64,000 nt of DNA from assembly GCA_037128175.1 (NCBI GenBank), contig JBAXWY010000009.1, positions 1-64,000 of the forward strand. The letters are read 5' to 3'. Position numbers and translations under genes: made by a program. This DNA comes from Methanothrix sp. (GTDB taxonomy: Archaea > Halobacteriota > Methanosarcinia > Methanotrichales > Methanotrichaceae). Positions 35,168 to 45,556 of the stretch are shown here, piece after piece (the first letter of the stretch is position 1; each line of letters begins with the position of its first letter). The notes under the pieces were generated by a model. It saw nothing but the letters and a program-made list of their open reading frames with translations, did no database searches and was not told the DNA's origin.

Positions 35168-37120
35168 CTATTGATCACGGCGCTCAAAAACATACGCCAC
35201 CTCTCCCCAAGCCTTCTCCAGCAGCTTCCCGTAGTACCCGGCATCGAACTCCGACGCCGTCCTCTCCGGTTCCACCTCCCACTTTTTGGCGTCCTTCACC
35301 ACGTAGCTTATCTCCATTCCCGGCGCCAGAGGAATGCCCTGCTTCAGGTGAGCCTGCACCGCCGAGGCCTCAGCACACCTGCGGGAATAGCTCAAGCGGC
35401 TCACTTTGCGATGAATGGCCAGCTCCCGGACATTCGCCTCTACAAGCTTGTCCATGTACCGCCTGCGCACTTCTCGGGCCTTGGGCTCTATCCACCTCAG
35501 CTCCTCCCGGCTCCTCGCCCCGGCCAGGACCTCGAACAGCTCTTTCTGCATGCGGAGCACGTACTCGGGCGTGTCTCCTTTGCGGGCCATCACACCCCGG
35601 ATCTTCATCTTGCCCGTGTCCAGCCGACCGAAGTAGCGGTTGTAGGCTCCAGAGCCGTCAGCCATTGGCAGGAAGGCAATCCAGTCGTAAGATTCCACCT
35701 CTGTCAAGATGCCCGTCTCCCTCTCCACGGCATCCTTGAAGCTCGCTATGCTCTCGCCTATAACCCATAAACAGTCCACGATGCCGTGCAGGACCTGGAA
35801 GTCCATGCTCTCGGCCAGCTCCTTGATCTGCATGAGCAGCTCTCTGGAGATTTCCGTGATCCGCTCATGGACCTGGATCTGGCCGAATTTGGCGTTCCTA
35901 TAGCCGGTGTAGCCGAAGCAGGTCACCAGCATCCATTTAAGGACCGAGTCTATGCCGGCGTAATCCGGGTTGGTCTTCTTCAGTCTCTTGGTCTCGATGC
36001 GCAAATTGAGCAGAGAGGAGAGTACGGTGCAAAGAAAGCCCTTCAGCTCGGGGTCTCGAATGGTCTCGGGGGAGAGGTTGTACTTGACGATAATCGAGGG
36101 GTACAGGGATGTGAAATCGATCTGGTGGACCCGCTCGTATACGCCCGGTTCGGGCTGGAACATCATGCCTCCTTTGTCGCAGGCCCTCAACTCCGATATG
36201 TTCCGGAGGCCCTCTGCATCTCTTTTTCTGAAGGGCACGGCTATGCCCCGGCGCAGCGCCTCGAAGACCTCGTAGCTGGAGATGAGCGTGCCGGGCGTGA
36301 AGCGAGAGGTAAGGTTAGGAGAAAGGCCGGAGAGCCGGGAGGCCATGAGTACGCCCTTCAGGCCGCTCTCGGCATAGACGAAGCTCCTGGCGGTGTCGAT
36401 GAGAATGCGGCCCTCGGGGATGAGAGCGCCGTCCTTATGGTTGACTTTTCCATAGCTCCAATAGGATTTGGAGGCCATCGGCTTGAAGAAGCCAGTGCGG
36501 CTGATGGTGGGCTCCAGGCCGTATCTTCTGGCCTTGCGAACCAGGAGTGGGACCCAGGTGTCCGCATGGGGACATAGGATCAGGTCGGGGTCATGGGCCT
36601 TGATGAGATCCAGGAGATCGGAGATGACCTGTCTCTCAGATCCTTCCAGCCTCTGCTTGCGACCATCCAGGATCTCGATGCGTGAGATATCACCGGGCAA
36701 CGCGGGGTCTCCGGCCACCTGTATTTCCAGGCTGGTCAAAGGGACCGCGAAGTCGGGCGAGAACCGGGATTCGTCTCTGTCTCCGCAGGGGAAGAGGTCG
36801 TGCTCGGCCAGGTAGCGCTGATCCTGGCGGACGTCCACATTATAGAGCTCGGCGGCGTAGCGGGTCTGGATCTCGATCTTCTCGGCCACTTTTCGGCCAG
36901 CGTAGATCCTGTGGCCTGGGAAGGTGCCGAAGATGGTTCTGAAACTGCACTCCTCCGCCTTGAAGCGGCTCTCCAGGTCCTCGATCATTTCCCGGTAGGC
37001 TGGAGGATCCTTGAGGTGCATGTAGAACGAGGGAGGATAGGCGGCGCAGGCTTTGGTTAGGCCCCTTTCCCGGCCCCAAAGCTCCACACAGCCCTTGTAG
37101 TAAGAGTCAAAAATCCACAT
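35168..37120 (-). CDS. polB2: Family B DNA polymerase, archaeal PolB2 group
   Basis: Motif A DFTSLYPSII, motif B KWMLVTCFGYTG and degenerate motif C HGIVDCLW. Start MWIFDSY follows GAGGTGAGG. Confidence 0.85.
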   Translation of the reverse strand: MWIFDSYYKGCVELWGRERGLTKACAAYPPSFYMHLKDPPAYREMIEDLESRFKAEECSFRTIFGTFPGHRIYAGRKVAEKIEIQTRYAAELYNVDVRQDQRYLAEHDLFPCGDRDESRFSPDFAVPLTSLEIQVAGDPALPGDISRIEILDGRKQRLEGSERQVISDLLDLIKAHDPDLILCPHADTWVPLLVRKARRYGLEPTISRTGFFKPMASKSYWSYGKVNHKDGALIPEGRILIDTARSFVYAESGLKGVLMASRLSGLSPNLTSRFTPGTLISSYEVFEALRRGIAVPFRKRDAEGLRNISELRACDKGGMMFQPEPGVYERVHQIDFTSLYPSIIVKYNLSPETIRDPELKGFLCTVLSSLLNLRIETKRLKKTNPDYAGIDSVLKWMLVTCFGYTGYRNAKFGQIQVHERITEISRELLMQIKELAESMDFQVLHGIVDCLWVIGESIASFKDAVERETGILTEVESYDWIAFLPMADGSGAYNRYFGRLDTGKMKIRGVMARKGDTPEYVLRMQKELFEVLAGARSREELRWIEPKAREVRRRYMDKLVEANVRELAIHRKVSRLSYSRRCAEASAVQAHLKQGIPLAPGMEISYVVKDAKKWEVEPERTASEFDAGYYGKLLEKAWGEVAYVFERRDQ

Positions 37121-37327
37121 ACTGCGCCTCACCTCAAAGTCTCCACAGACTATCTTTTGCAGGCGGAGAAGATAAAGACGAGGCGGGTGGAGCGAATGTG
37201 ATTGGCGGCCTAAAATTTTGCATCGAGACTGTAGAGGAGTGTGTCTCATGATAGCCTGACGCGTAGGGATGTATGCATGTATCCAAGGTCTGGATGGAGC
37301 GCAAGAAACAAATGAATGAAAGCTGAA

Positions 37328-37441
37328 ATGTATTTGTTAGGGAAGACCAAGAGCAAATATTCTATTCTAGCTTTAGCACTGGCGGTTCTTTTGTTGGTAG
37401 TCGTATCTGAGGGAGCTTCTAATTCTAATGGGTTATACTGA
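37328..37441 (+). pseudogene. Signal-peptide-only remnant or very small secreted peptide
   Basis: MYLLGKTKSKYSILALALAVLLLVVVSEGASNSNGLY*. Confidence 0.3.
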
Positions 37442-37781
37442 ACCCAACAACAGCTTCAGGACCTTCCTCATAAATCGCTTAAATATCTTCGCGACTCAAA
37501 GAGATGATTATGCCTGATTGTGACAAAGAGGGGGAATTATCGGGATTGATATCTTCCGTTAGGATTTGATGAAATTTGCTTCCCACCATTATCGCCGCCT
37601 ATGCACAAGCCCAAATTCTTAGACACTGTGCAGATATACCCAGATCTAGCGATGAAGCCACTATGGCCTGAACCGATTTTGCAAATGCACTTCTCTAGAA
37701 AAGCTTTTCCACTTAAAGAGCCTGAACAAGGCACGCAGGCTATCGAAGGGCTTTTAACAGAAGCCTCCCAATCGGAAGGCC

Positions 37782-38225
37782 ATGGGGATTAGTATCAAGC
37801 ATACGATTTTGTTTCTGGTAGTAATTTCATCCGTCTTCATCTCTCTTCCAGAGGTAAAAGGAGGTTGTGCGGGAGGTTGTGCAGTCTCCGGCGGCGGAGG
37901 TTCTTCATCCAGCTTCATGGGTGACCCGGCAGTCAATATCGATATGTCGAGCTTTGATGAGTTTGTCAGGGACAACCTTGGCGGCAACCCGACTAAATTA
38001 CAGGCAAAATCGCTCTCGCAAGATACGCCATTAAACACCAATTCATCCCTTAACCAAACCAGCAATGGCAATTCAAGTCAGAGCAGTTTTGTAGTCATGC
38101 CTCTAACCAATAACATGGTAAACACGACATCCGATAATAGAACAATTAAATTAGGAGCCTTCGGAATGCAGGACAATAGATTGTCAACTCTGACTTCTGC
38201 CGCGTTCAACAACAATATATTCTAG
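37782..38225 (+). CDS. Secreted hypothetical protein (GCAGGC motif, Ser/Asn-rich)
   Basis: Signal peptide followed by GGCAGGCAVSGGGG. Confidence 0.65.
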   Translation: MGISIKHTILFLVVISSVFISLPEVKGGCAGGCAVSGGGGSSSSFMGDPAVNIDMSSFDEFVRDNLGGNPTKLQAKSLSQDTPLNTNSSLNQTSNGNSSQSSFVVMPLTNNMVNTTSDNRTIKLGAFGMQDNRLSTLTSAAFNNNIF

Positions 38226-38309
38226 GCTGAACCCGATACTTGCCAACATTAGATATAGAACTTGAACCGGCCAAGAAAGATTGATCATCAGTATGGGACG
38301 GGCACAGGA

Positions 38310-38410
38310 GCTTCCGGGCCCGCCTGCCCACGCTCGCGCGCTTGTCCGCCTGGCGTCCGTGAGCCCGATCTCGATTGTTCCAGAAGGCCCGATTGCCTGG
38401 CGGCAAGCTT
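38310..38410 (+). repeat. GC-rich dispersed repeat, copy A
   Basis: GGGCCCGCCTGCCC...GTCCGCCTGGCG...TCTCGATT is shared with 39909-39979. TGTTCCAGA-AGGCCCG matches the reverse complement of 52120-52160. Confidence 0.7.
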
Positions 38411-38465
38411 TGCCCCTGCGCCGCTGGTTTGTGTCACAAATTATCATGAAAAGGATGAATAATAA

Positions 38466-39452
38466 ATGAACAAGGGAGATACGAGAGACTTAATCATCAC
38501 ACGCCTCTTTGATGCACCTGCAGAATTTGTCTGGAAGGCGTGGACAGAGCCCGAGCGCGTTATGCGTTGGTGGGGACCTATTGGTTCTACATCATCAGTT
38601 TCCAGGATCGATCTGCGAGTGGGCGGCGAGTACCTCAATTGCATGCGATCACCCGACGGCAAGGACTATTGGAGCAAAGGCTTCTATCGTGAAATCGTTC
38701 CGCCTGAGCGACTGGTCATGACCGATTCTTTTGCAGATGAGAAAGGCAACATTGTCCCGGCTTCCTACTACGGCATGAGCAAAGACTTTCCGCTTGAAAT
38801 GTTGATAACAGTGACTTTCGAAGAGCATGACGGCAAAAATGGCAAGACAAGACTTACCCTGCGCCATACTGGCATGCCGTCCGGCCCGGATAGTGAGGGT
38901 GCACAGCAGGGCTGGAATGAATCCTTCGACAAGCTTGCAGAATACCTGGAAACGGAGAAATCGATCATCTCCGGGAAAAATGTCCCCCTGTTTGAGTTTC
39001 CGTCAGATCGGGAGGTCGTCATAACTCGCATCTTTAGGGCTCCGCGCGAGCTGGTGTTCAAGGCGAGCACGAATCCTGATCTTATACCGCAGTGGTGGGG
39101 GCCGAAACGATTTGCGACTAAGGTTGAAAGGATGGACGTAAACCCGGGCGGAGTCTGGCGATTCATCCAGCGCGATAATGATGGCAATGAGTACGCTTTT
39201 CATGGCGTTTACCGGGAAATCGTGCCGCCGGAGCGAGAAGTTCACACCTTTGAATTTGAAGGCATGCCGGGCCATGTAATACTGGAAACGTCGATGTTCA
39301 AAGAGTTCGAAGGCAAGACGAAATTGACGGTCACAGATCTCTTCCAGAGCGTTGAGGATCGTGACGGCATGTTCAAATCAGGGATGAAGGAAGGTGCAAC
39401 AGAAAGCATGGACCGCCTGGAAGAAATAGTCTTAAAAACCTTGAAGATGTAA
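38466..39452 (+). CDS. Tandem SRPBCC/AHSA1 domain protein
   Basis: Two domains, each with ITR.F.AP.E.V.KA, WWGP and [10 protein letters not shown]. Confidence 0.9.
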   Translation: MNKGDTRDLIITRLFDAPAEFVWKAWTEPERVMRWWGPIGSTSSVSRIDLRVGGEYLNCMRSPDGKDYWSKGFYREIVPPERLVMTDSFADEKGNIVPASYYGMSKDFPLEMLITVTFEEHDGKNGKTRLTLRHTGMPSGPDSEGAQQGWNESFDKLAEYLETEKSIISGKNVPLFEFPSDREVVITRIFRAPRELVFKASTNPDLIPQWWGPKRFATKVERMDVNPGGVWRFIQRDNDGNEYAFHGVYREIVPPEREVHTFEFEGMPGHVILETSMFKEFEGKTKLTVTDLFQSVEDRDGMFKSGMKEGATESMDRLEEIVLKTLKM

Positions 39453-39483
39453 TGATAAATATCGAACAAGGAGGAAAGAAGAA

Positions 39484-39837
39484 ATGTCCAGTATAGTACA
39501 CTTTGAGATACCTGCGGATGATATCCAAAGGGCAAAAACATTCTATTCCAACCTTTTTGGCTGGAAGATTGAAGGCATGCCAGGCATGGATTATGCGATG
39601 ATCGACGTTTTCGGCGCTCCTGGAGGAGGCATGATGAAGAGGATGCACCCGGAGCAACAAATTACAAACTACATCGGAGTGCCGTCGGTAGACGAATATG
39701 CTGCGAAAGTTGAAAAGCTGGGCGGCAAAATAATTGTTCCCAAGAAAGCCGTTCCCGGGATGGGGTATTTCATAATCTGTATGGATACTGAGAACAATGC
39801 CTTTGGTATCTGGGAGATGAGTCCCACAGCGAAATAA
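39484..39837 (+). CDS. VOC/glyoxalase family protein
   Basis: IVHFEIPADDIQRAKTFY..LFGW and DTENNAFGIWE. Confidence 0.9.
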   Translation: MSSIVHFEIPADDIQRAKTFYSNLFGWKIEGMPGMDYAMIDVFGAPGGGMMKRMHPEQQITNYIGVPSVDEYAAKVEKLGGKIIVPKKAVPGMGYFIICMDTENNAFGIWEMSPTAK

Positions 39838-39887
39838 TGGCGCGATGAAGTAGACGTTGTAGTCTTCTTAATCAGTTGTGAGCAAAC

Positions 39888-39979
39888 GCCCAGGCAGCCA
39901 GCGCAGCCGCTCCTGGGCCCGCCTGCCCGCGCCCGCGCGTGCGAACGTCCGCCTGGCGCCGGGAAGTACCTTCTCGATT
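39888..39979 (+). repeat. GC-rich dispersed repeat, copy B
   Basis: Direct repeat of copy A on the other side of the SRPBCC-VOC genes. Confidence 0.7.
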
Positions 39980-40098
39980 ATATAATACAAAGTGCTCAAG
40001 TTGTTGAATGATCTGGTTCCTCGCTGTTTCGAGTGGGTAAAAGAATAATTAAAGGCCTCTGTGAGTCCTCCGTGCGCTCTGTGTCTCTGTGGTGGGAT

Positions 40099-40461
40099 CG
40101 TTAGTTGTATGGTTATAATTATCCGCTAATATTATTAAAAGATGGCCTCTGTTTCCAAAAATCCCGCGCCCTGGAAAACTGCCCTTACCGGAGGCCAGCA
40201 CACCTGGCTCTCAGGCCCGACCGGCCCCCCTAGTCCCCGCCAGGCAAGCCAGCCCGCCCTGACGACAACGCCGCCCAGGCCAGCCCGGCCCACCAACGGC
40301 GGCCACGAGCGCAGCCGAAGCCCGAGCGGCGCAGAGCGCGGCCCTGCGGCTGCCCGACGCTGCTGCCGTAAGTCGTCGGATCGGAAAGATGGAGGACCAC
40401 CTCGAATCTCTTTGTGGTTTGGTCCGTAGTTGCTGGATATAATTATCTGCCAATATTAATA
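40099..40461. repeat. GC-rich ~290-bp non-coding insert flanked by ~38-bp AT-rich direct repeats
   Basis: CGTTAGTTGTATGGTTATAATTATCCGCTAATATTATTA (40099) vs CGTAGTTGCTGGATATAATTATCTGCCAATATTAATA (40425). Internal hairpin at about 40295-40370. Confidence 0.6.
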
Positions 40462-40532
40462 GGATCAGAAAAAAAACTATGCAGAAAACTATAAAATGTA
40501 AGAACGAATGATAGTATTAAGGTGAATCAAGA

Positions 40533-40856
40533 ATGAAAGAAGAAGTTTTCTTTGGCGAAGGCATGGCCAAGACCAAGACTGAATATCCCGACCTCTACAA
40601 AGCCATCGTTGGACTAAACGAGGCCATCTACAACGGCAAAGCCCTGGACTACAAGGCCCAGAAGCTGATTGCGATCGGCATCAATGCCGCCACCTCCGAC
40701 GACCGGGCCACCAAGAAGCAGATGATGAGCGGCATGAAGGAGCTTGGCATCACCAAGGACGAGATTGTGGATGTCCTGAGAGTGGTTCTGCTAACTTCAG
40801 GAATGCCTCCCTTCACCAAGGGCATGAAGATATTGTATGAAATACTGGATAAATAG
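40533..40856 (+). CDS. Carboxymuconolactone decarboxylase (CMD/AhpD-like) family protein
   Basis: ALDYKAQKLIAIGI...GITKDEIVDVL...SGMP. Confidence 0.85.
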   Translation: MKEEVFFGEGMAKTKTEYPDLYKAIVGLNEAIYNGKALDYKAQKLIAIGINAATSDDRATKKQMMSGMKELGITKDEIVDVLRVVLLTSGMPPFTKGMKILYEILDK

Positions 40857-40988
40857 AAATTCGGCCCTTCGCTACATTATGTGGCCGGCAGCAAACTTTT
40901 GATATTCCAGGGGGTGCGTAGCCCCCGGAATCGTCTTTGGGAGTACTTTGTAAGCTTTGTGCCTTTGTAGTGAGCGTATGCACACGAT

Positions 40989-42539
40989 TCATTCCGTTAT
41001 CGCCTTTTTTCGCAGCAATCGGTTGTAGGCGATGGCAAACCTGTGCGCTTCGTCTCTGATCTCCTGCACATAGAGCGATGCCTTATCATTCTTCTTGATC
41101 TGCAACGGTCCGTCCAGTCCCGGTACGTAGATCTCCTCCTCACCCTTGGCCAGAGAGATGATGGGGATCTTCAGCCGCAGCTCTCTTAGCTCGGCCAGCG
41201 CAAAGGATAGCTGCCCCTTGCCACCATCGATAATAATGAGGTCAGGCAGCTCCAGACTCCCCTCCTTCTGGCGAGTGTAGCGACGTCGAACTATCTCAGC
41301 GATGGAGGCGAAATCATCCACGCCCTGCACGCCCTTGATTTTGAAGCGCCGGTAGTTGCTCTTGTCCGGCCTGCCTCCTCGAAACTGCACCATGGAGCCT
41401 ACCGAAAAGGTACCGGCCAAGTGTGAGATGTCGAAACATTCGATGACCTGGGGAGTCTTGGGAAGACGAAGCGCCTCCTGCAGGGCCAGCATCTTCATTC
41501 TGTCACCAAAAAAGCCGATCTCCACATTCATTTTGGCCAGCTCCAAGAGCTCCTTTTTTTCACCCTGCTTGGGGACGGTGACATGCACCTTTTTGTCCTT
41601 CACGTGGGAGAGAAAATCCACCAGAGACTGCTCTAGCAGCTCTTCCATTATCAGCTCCTCGGGAGGCTCATGCTCCGAGTAGTACTGCACCAGGAACTCC
41701 TCCAGGAAGTTCTCGCTCTGGGCAAAGACGTAGTCCTCTTTTCCCTCTAAGGTGCCCCGGTAGACCTTGAATAACATGAGAAAGACGCTGGAACCGTCCA
41801 CCTGATAGCTGATAACGTCCTGATCGTACTTGCGGTTTTTCTCCACCTGCTGCCTCTCCTGAAGGTGCCGCAAAGCTGCGATCTCATCTCTTAGCTCCAT
41901 TGCTCTCTCGAACTCCTGCCGGGCGGAGAGCTCTCTCATCTCCCTTTGCATAGATTCGACCAGCTCTCCCGTTTTCCCTCCCAGGGCCGAGGCTGCCCTT
42001 TTTACCCTGTCCTGGTAGTCCTCCTCTCCGATCTTGCCTAGACATGGGGCCATGCAGTGGCCCAGGTGGTAGCGCAGGCATGCACGCTTGGGCAGCCTTT
42101 TACAGGTACGTAGACCAAAGGTCTTGCGCAGAAGCTGATAGACGAATGTCCTCTCACGAGCAGAGGTGAATGGGCCGAAGAACGAGCCCTTGCCAGTGGC
42201 CTTGCGGGAGATTCTGATGCGCGGGAATTGCTCTTTTGTAAGCTCTATGCAGGCATAACGGGAGGAGTCTTTGAGCTTGATGTTGTAGCGGGGCAGATGC
42301 TTCTTGATAAGGGTGTTTTCCAGCAGCAGCGCTTCGACTTCGGTGTTGGTGATGATATAGTTCACAGTTTTAGCTGCATAGATGAGGGCCTCTGTCCTGG
42401 GACCGTGATCCTGCTTCTGAAAATAATTGGCGACCCGCTTCTTGAGATCTCGGGCTTTGCCTACGTAGATCACCGTGCCCTGGCCGTCTCTGAAAAGATA
42501 GCATCCTGGATTGTGTGGAAGAGAGTCAAGAGAGATCAT
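40989..42539 (-). CDS. uvrC: Excinuclease ABC subunit C (no C-terminal HhH domain)
   Basis: GIY-YIG PGCYLF..IYVGKA.DLKKRV, EALLLE, IECFDISH, PDLIIIDGGKGQ and RDEAHRFA. Confidence 0.95.
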   Translation of the reverse strand: MISLDSLPHNPGCYLFRDGQGTVIYVGKARDLKKRVANYFQKQDHGPRTEALIYAAKTVNYIITNTEVEALLLENTLIKKHLPRYNIKLKDSSRYACIELTKEQFPRIRISRKATGKGSFFGPFTSARERTFVYQLLRKTFGLRTCKRLPKRACLRYHLGHCMAPCLGKIGEEDYQDRVKRAASALGGKTGELVESMQREMRELSARQEFERAMELRDEIAALRHLQERQQVEKNRKYDQDVISYQVDGSSVFLMLFKVYRGTLEGKEDYVFAQSENFLEEFLVQYYSEHEPPEELIMEELLEQSLVDFLSHVKDKKVHVTVPKQGEKKELLELAKMNVEIGFFGDRMKMLALQEALRLPKTPQVIECFDISHLAGTFSVGSMVQFRGGRPDKSNYRRFKIKGVQGVDDFASIAEIVRRRYTRQKEGSLELPDLIIIDGGKGQLSFALAELRELRLKIPIISLAKGEEEIYVPGLDGPLQIKKNDKASLYVQEIRDEAHRFAIAYNRLLRKKAITE

Positions 42540-42625
42540 GATTAGAAAGGGAACTGTATTTTCCGGCTATTTCATTGTAACTCATCTCGAAAAATAAATC
42601 CAAACAAAAAAAATGATTGTCCGCC

Positions 42626-43735
42626 TCACTCGGCAACCGTAAGATCTGCGTCCCCACCTCCGTTATTACTGTTATCAACGCCGCCTCCCAGTCCCATGCA
42701 TTTGCATCCGCCGTCAGCCCAGTAGCATCCGTCCGGGCAATCTGCTACAGGATTGGGAACTGGACCTGGCATAGGCTCAGGATTGGGGTTTGGTACAGGT
42801 CCCGGCATGGGCTCAGGGTCTAGCCCCCGGCAGTAGCAATGGCCGTCAACATAATCGCAGAGAGGATTATTCTCGCAGTCCGCGACGGGATTTGGGGCAG
42901 GCTTCATGTAGCATTGGCACCTTCCGTCACTCCATTCGCATGTTTGTGTATCGGAACTCCTTGCCTCGCAGTCCGCGACGGGATTGGGGGCAGGCTTCAT
43001 GTAGCATTGACACCTTCCGTCACGCCATTCGCATGTTTGTGTATCGGAACTCCTTGCCTCGCATTCTCTCTTGGGATCGGGAGTGGGCTTGGGAATGGTG
43101 GGTGAATAGACATCGATGATGACCGCATTACTGTATCCGTTGTTGGTAGCAAACAGGCTTCTGTGCCTGCCAGGCGTATCGGCATAGTACCAGATGTAGT
43201 AGTATCCGCTCTGCACCAATCCCAGGCTATATCCCAGGACATAGCCGCTGGGATAAATCTCGTACATGGTAACGGGAGACGCCTGCGGCACATAGATCAG
43301 CTCTCTCGTCCATCCGCCCCAGGGCAGTGTGGCATATTGTGTCCAGCTAACAGCTCTCTCTATCCACAGGCCCGGATTGTTGGTGGGAAAGCTTGTGGTA
43401 AAGTCGTTCCAGGCCAGGTAGTCTCCGTTATAGTACATGTACCTGGGCGGACTCTTAAGAACTGCTGAAGGCATGAGCTTCTTTAGATCCGTAACAGGAG
43501 GAACCTGCTCGGTGTAGGCGGCAATCTCCGTTCCCGCATCTCCTGAAGTCGCCTGCGGCGCGCCGGTGTCAACAAATACGCTTTCCAAATTACTTGCCGG
43601 AGCCAGGGCGCTAAATTCAGAAATAGTCAGATTCTCTGCACCAGAATTACCGGATTGGTCCAATCCACCCAATGATATGCTGCAAAGGAGGAGAGCGGCT
43701 ATAGCAATCCGAGATAATAAATAGTCGGCTTTCAT
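42626..43735 (-). CDS. Secreted protein with Cys-rich and Pro-rich repeat tail
   Basis: Signal peptide, aromatic-rich beta domain, two 31-aa Cys repeats and PEPMPGPVPNP twice. Confidence 0.8.
   Translation of the reverse strand: MKADYLLSRIAIAALLLCSISLGGLDQSGNSGAENLTISEFSALAPASNLESVFVDTGAPQATSGDAGTEIAAYTEQVPPVTDLKKLMPSAVLKSPPRYMYYNGDYLAWNDFTTSFPTNNPGLWIERAVSWTQYATLPWGGWTRELIYVPQASPVTMYEIYPSGYVLGYSLGLVQSGYYYIWYYADTPGRHRSLFATNNGYSNAVIIDVYSPTIPKPTPDPKRECEARSSDTQTCEWRDGRCQCYMKPAPNPVADCEARSSDTQTCEWSDGRCQCYMKPAPNPVADCENNPLCDYVDGHCYCRGLDPEPMPGPVPNPNPEPMPGPVPNPVADCPDGCYWADGGCKCMGLGGGVDNSNNGGGDADLTVAE
42872..43063. repeat. 93-bp near-perfect tandem repeat (two copies) in the coding sequence
   Basis: CTCGCAGTCCGCGACGGGATT at 42872 and 42965. 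Confidence 0.9.
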
Positions 43736-43840
43736 TGTTCCCTCTCAATATTTATTATTACTTTTCATCACCACCTGATTAACTCTATTCATTACCTATA
43801 AATTTTTTGTACGGTTTGGTTGTGAATTGTTCGCCTTGCC

Positions 43841-45556
43841 TCAATTCAGGAGGAAGTGCAGAGCCGTCCCCACCAAGAGCGCCGCCACCAGTCTCAATGC
43901 TACGGATTTCAGGGTTCCAGAGACGCCTAGCTCCTTCAGCATCACCATTAAAGTTGCCACACAGGGGAAATACATAGCCAGCACCACAGAGGCGACCACC
44001 AGCTGGGCTGGCGTCATATCCAGGGGCGCGAACATGCCGATCCCCACATCCTTTCTCAAAAAACCGATAATCAATGCCGTAGCGGCGTCGCTTGGCAGCC
44101 CTAAAAGGCCGGAAACGACCGGTCGCATGGTCTCCCCGATCAGGCGCATCAAGCCGGAGAGGTAAAAGAAGTTCATCACTATCATGCCTAATGCAATGTA
44201 AGGCACAGCCTCTTTCAAAAATTCGCGAATGCGAATGAAGGTCTTCTTGAGCAGCGAACGTAAGTTTGGCATACGGTAGGGCGGGATCTCTAAAAAGATC
44301 TCGGGAGACTCGCCACCGATAAACCTGTGCAGCAGGAAACCTGTCACCGCAAAAGTGGTGAAGAGAGACAGGTAGACGGCGAAAATGTATCTCAGGCCGT
44401 AGGGAGCCAGCATGCCAAAGATCATGGCCGATTGCGAGGCGCAGGGAATGGCCATGGTCATAAGCGTGGCCGCCAGATACCTCTGTTTAGGCGACTCCAG
44501 GATACGCACGGAGAGAACGGCCGGCACGCTGCAGCCCATGCCCAGGACACAGGGCAGGATGGCCGCCCCATGCAGTCCGATCCTGTGCATGAAAGCGTCC
44601 AAAATGATGCTCAGCCGGGGAAGGTAGCCGATGTCCTCCAGGGCGCCCAGCACCAGGTAAAAGGGAATGAGGAAAGGCAGGACCACGCCTAACGGAATAT
44701 AGAGACCGGTGGTGAGAATGCCGAAAGACTTGAGCAGCTCAGGAGACGTTCCGATCAGGATGTCATGCAGCAAGGGCGAACTGATGTGGCTTTCTACAAA
44801 GCCGCTGATGAACAAAGAGTAGGCAATGAATATGGGGTCGGTGACCTTCACTTGCAGCAGCTCTCCTGCTTCAATCACCAGGCTGAAGGAAAGATAGAGC
44901 ACCAGCATAGCGATGGGAATTCCCGTCAGCGGCTTGATGGAAATATCCTCCAGCCGGTCGAAGAGGGAAGGATGGCGGTGCATGACCTTCTGCGTCCTGG
45001 CCGCAATCTCGCCGATGCGGGCCCATCGCTGATCCGATGAGGCAAAGTGCATGTCGGGGGGCGTCTTTGCTTTGGCAAGGGCCCCCACCAGATCGCGGAT
45101 GCCCTGGCCGCTCACAGCCACCGTGGGAACTATGGGGACGCCCAATTCCTTTTCCAGAGCGGCCACATCGATCTCGATGCCCTTTTTGGTTGCGGCGTCC
45201 CAGAGGTTGAGGGCAACAACCGTGGGAACACCCCGCTCCAGAATCTGTAAAGTGAGGTTGAGGTTCCTCTCCAGATTGGTGGCATCGATGACGTTCACCA
45301 CCACATCCGCGCCCTTGGAGAAGATCAAGCGGCCAACCTCTTCCACATGGGTGGTGGGATCGAGGGAATAGACACCGGGAGCGTCCACTAAGGTGGCCAT
45401 CTGCTCGCCAAGTTTCATGCGTCCTTCCGTGTACTCCACGGTGGTGCCGGGGTAGTTGGCGGAGATGACCTCGATTCCCGTCAGCCGGGAAAATATGACG
45501 CTCTTGCCCACGTTGGGGTTGCCCATGAGCAGGATCTTCAAGGTCGCAATCTCCAT
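43841..45556 (-). CDS. feoB: Ferrous iron transporter FeoB
   Basis: GNPNVGKS, NYPGTTVE, DAPG, DATNLERNL, GYLPR, GMGCSVPA and EIPPYRMP. Confidence 0.93.
   Translation of the reverse strand: MEIATLKILLMGNPNVGKSVIFSRLTGIEVISANYPGTTVEYTEGRMKLGEQMATLVDAPGVYSLDPTTHVEEVGRLIFSKGADVVVNVIDATNLERNLNLTLQILERGVPTVVALNLWDAATKKGIEIDVAALEKELGVPIVPTVAVSGQGIRDLVGALAKAKTPPDMHFASSDQRWARIGEIAARTQKVMHRHPSLFDRLEDISIKPLTGIPIAMLVLYLSFSLVIEAGELLQVKVTDPIFIAYSLFISGFVESHISSPLLHDILIGTSPELLKSFGILTTGLYIPLGVVLPFLIPFYLVLGALEDIGYLPRLSIILDAFMHRIGLHGAAILPCVLGMGCSVPAVLSVRILESPKQRYLAATLMTMAIPCASQSAMIFGMLAPYGLRYIFAVYLSLFTTFAVTGFLLHRFIGGESPEIFLEIPPYRMPNLRSLLKKTFIRIREFLKEAVPYIALGMIVMNFFYLSGLMRLIGETMRPVVSGLLGLPSDAATALIIGFLRKDVGIGMFAPLDMTPAQLVVASVVLAMYFPCVATLMVMLKELGVSGTLKSVALRLVAALLVGTALHFLLN

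Noticed and set aside
40142-40453. Pro/Arg/Ala-rich ORFs on both strands
   Set aside because: The composition reflects the GC-rich non-coding element. No RBS or domain signal.
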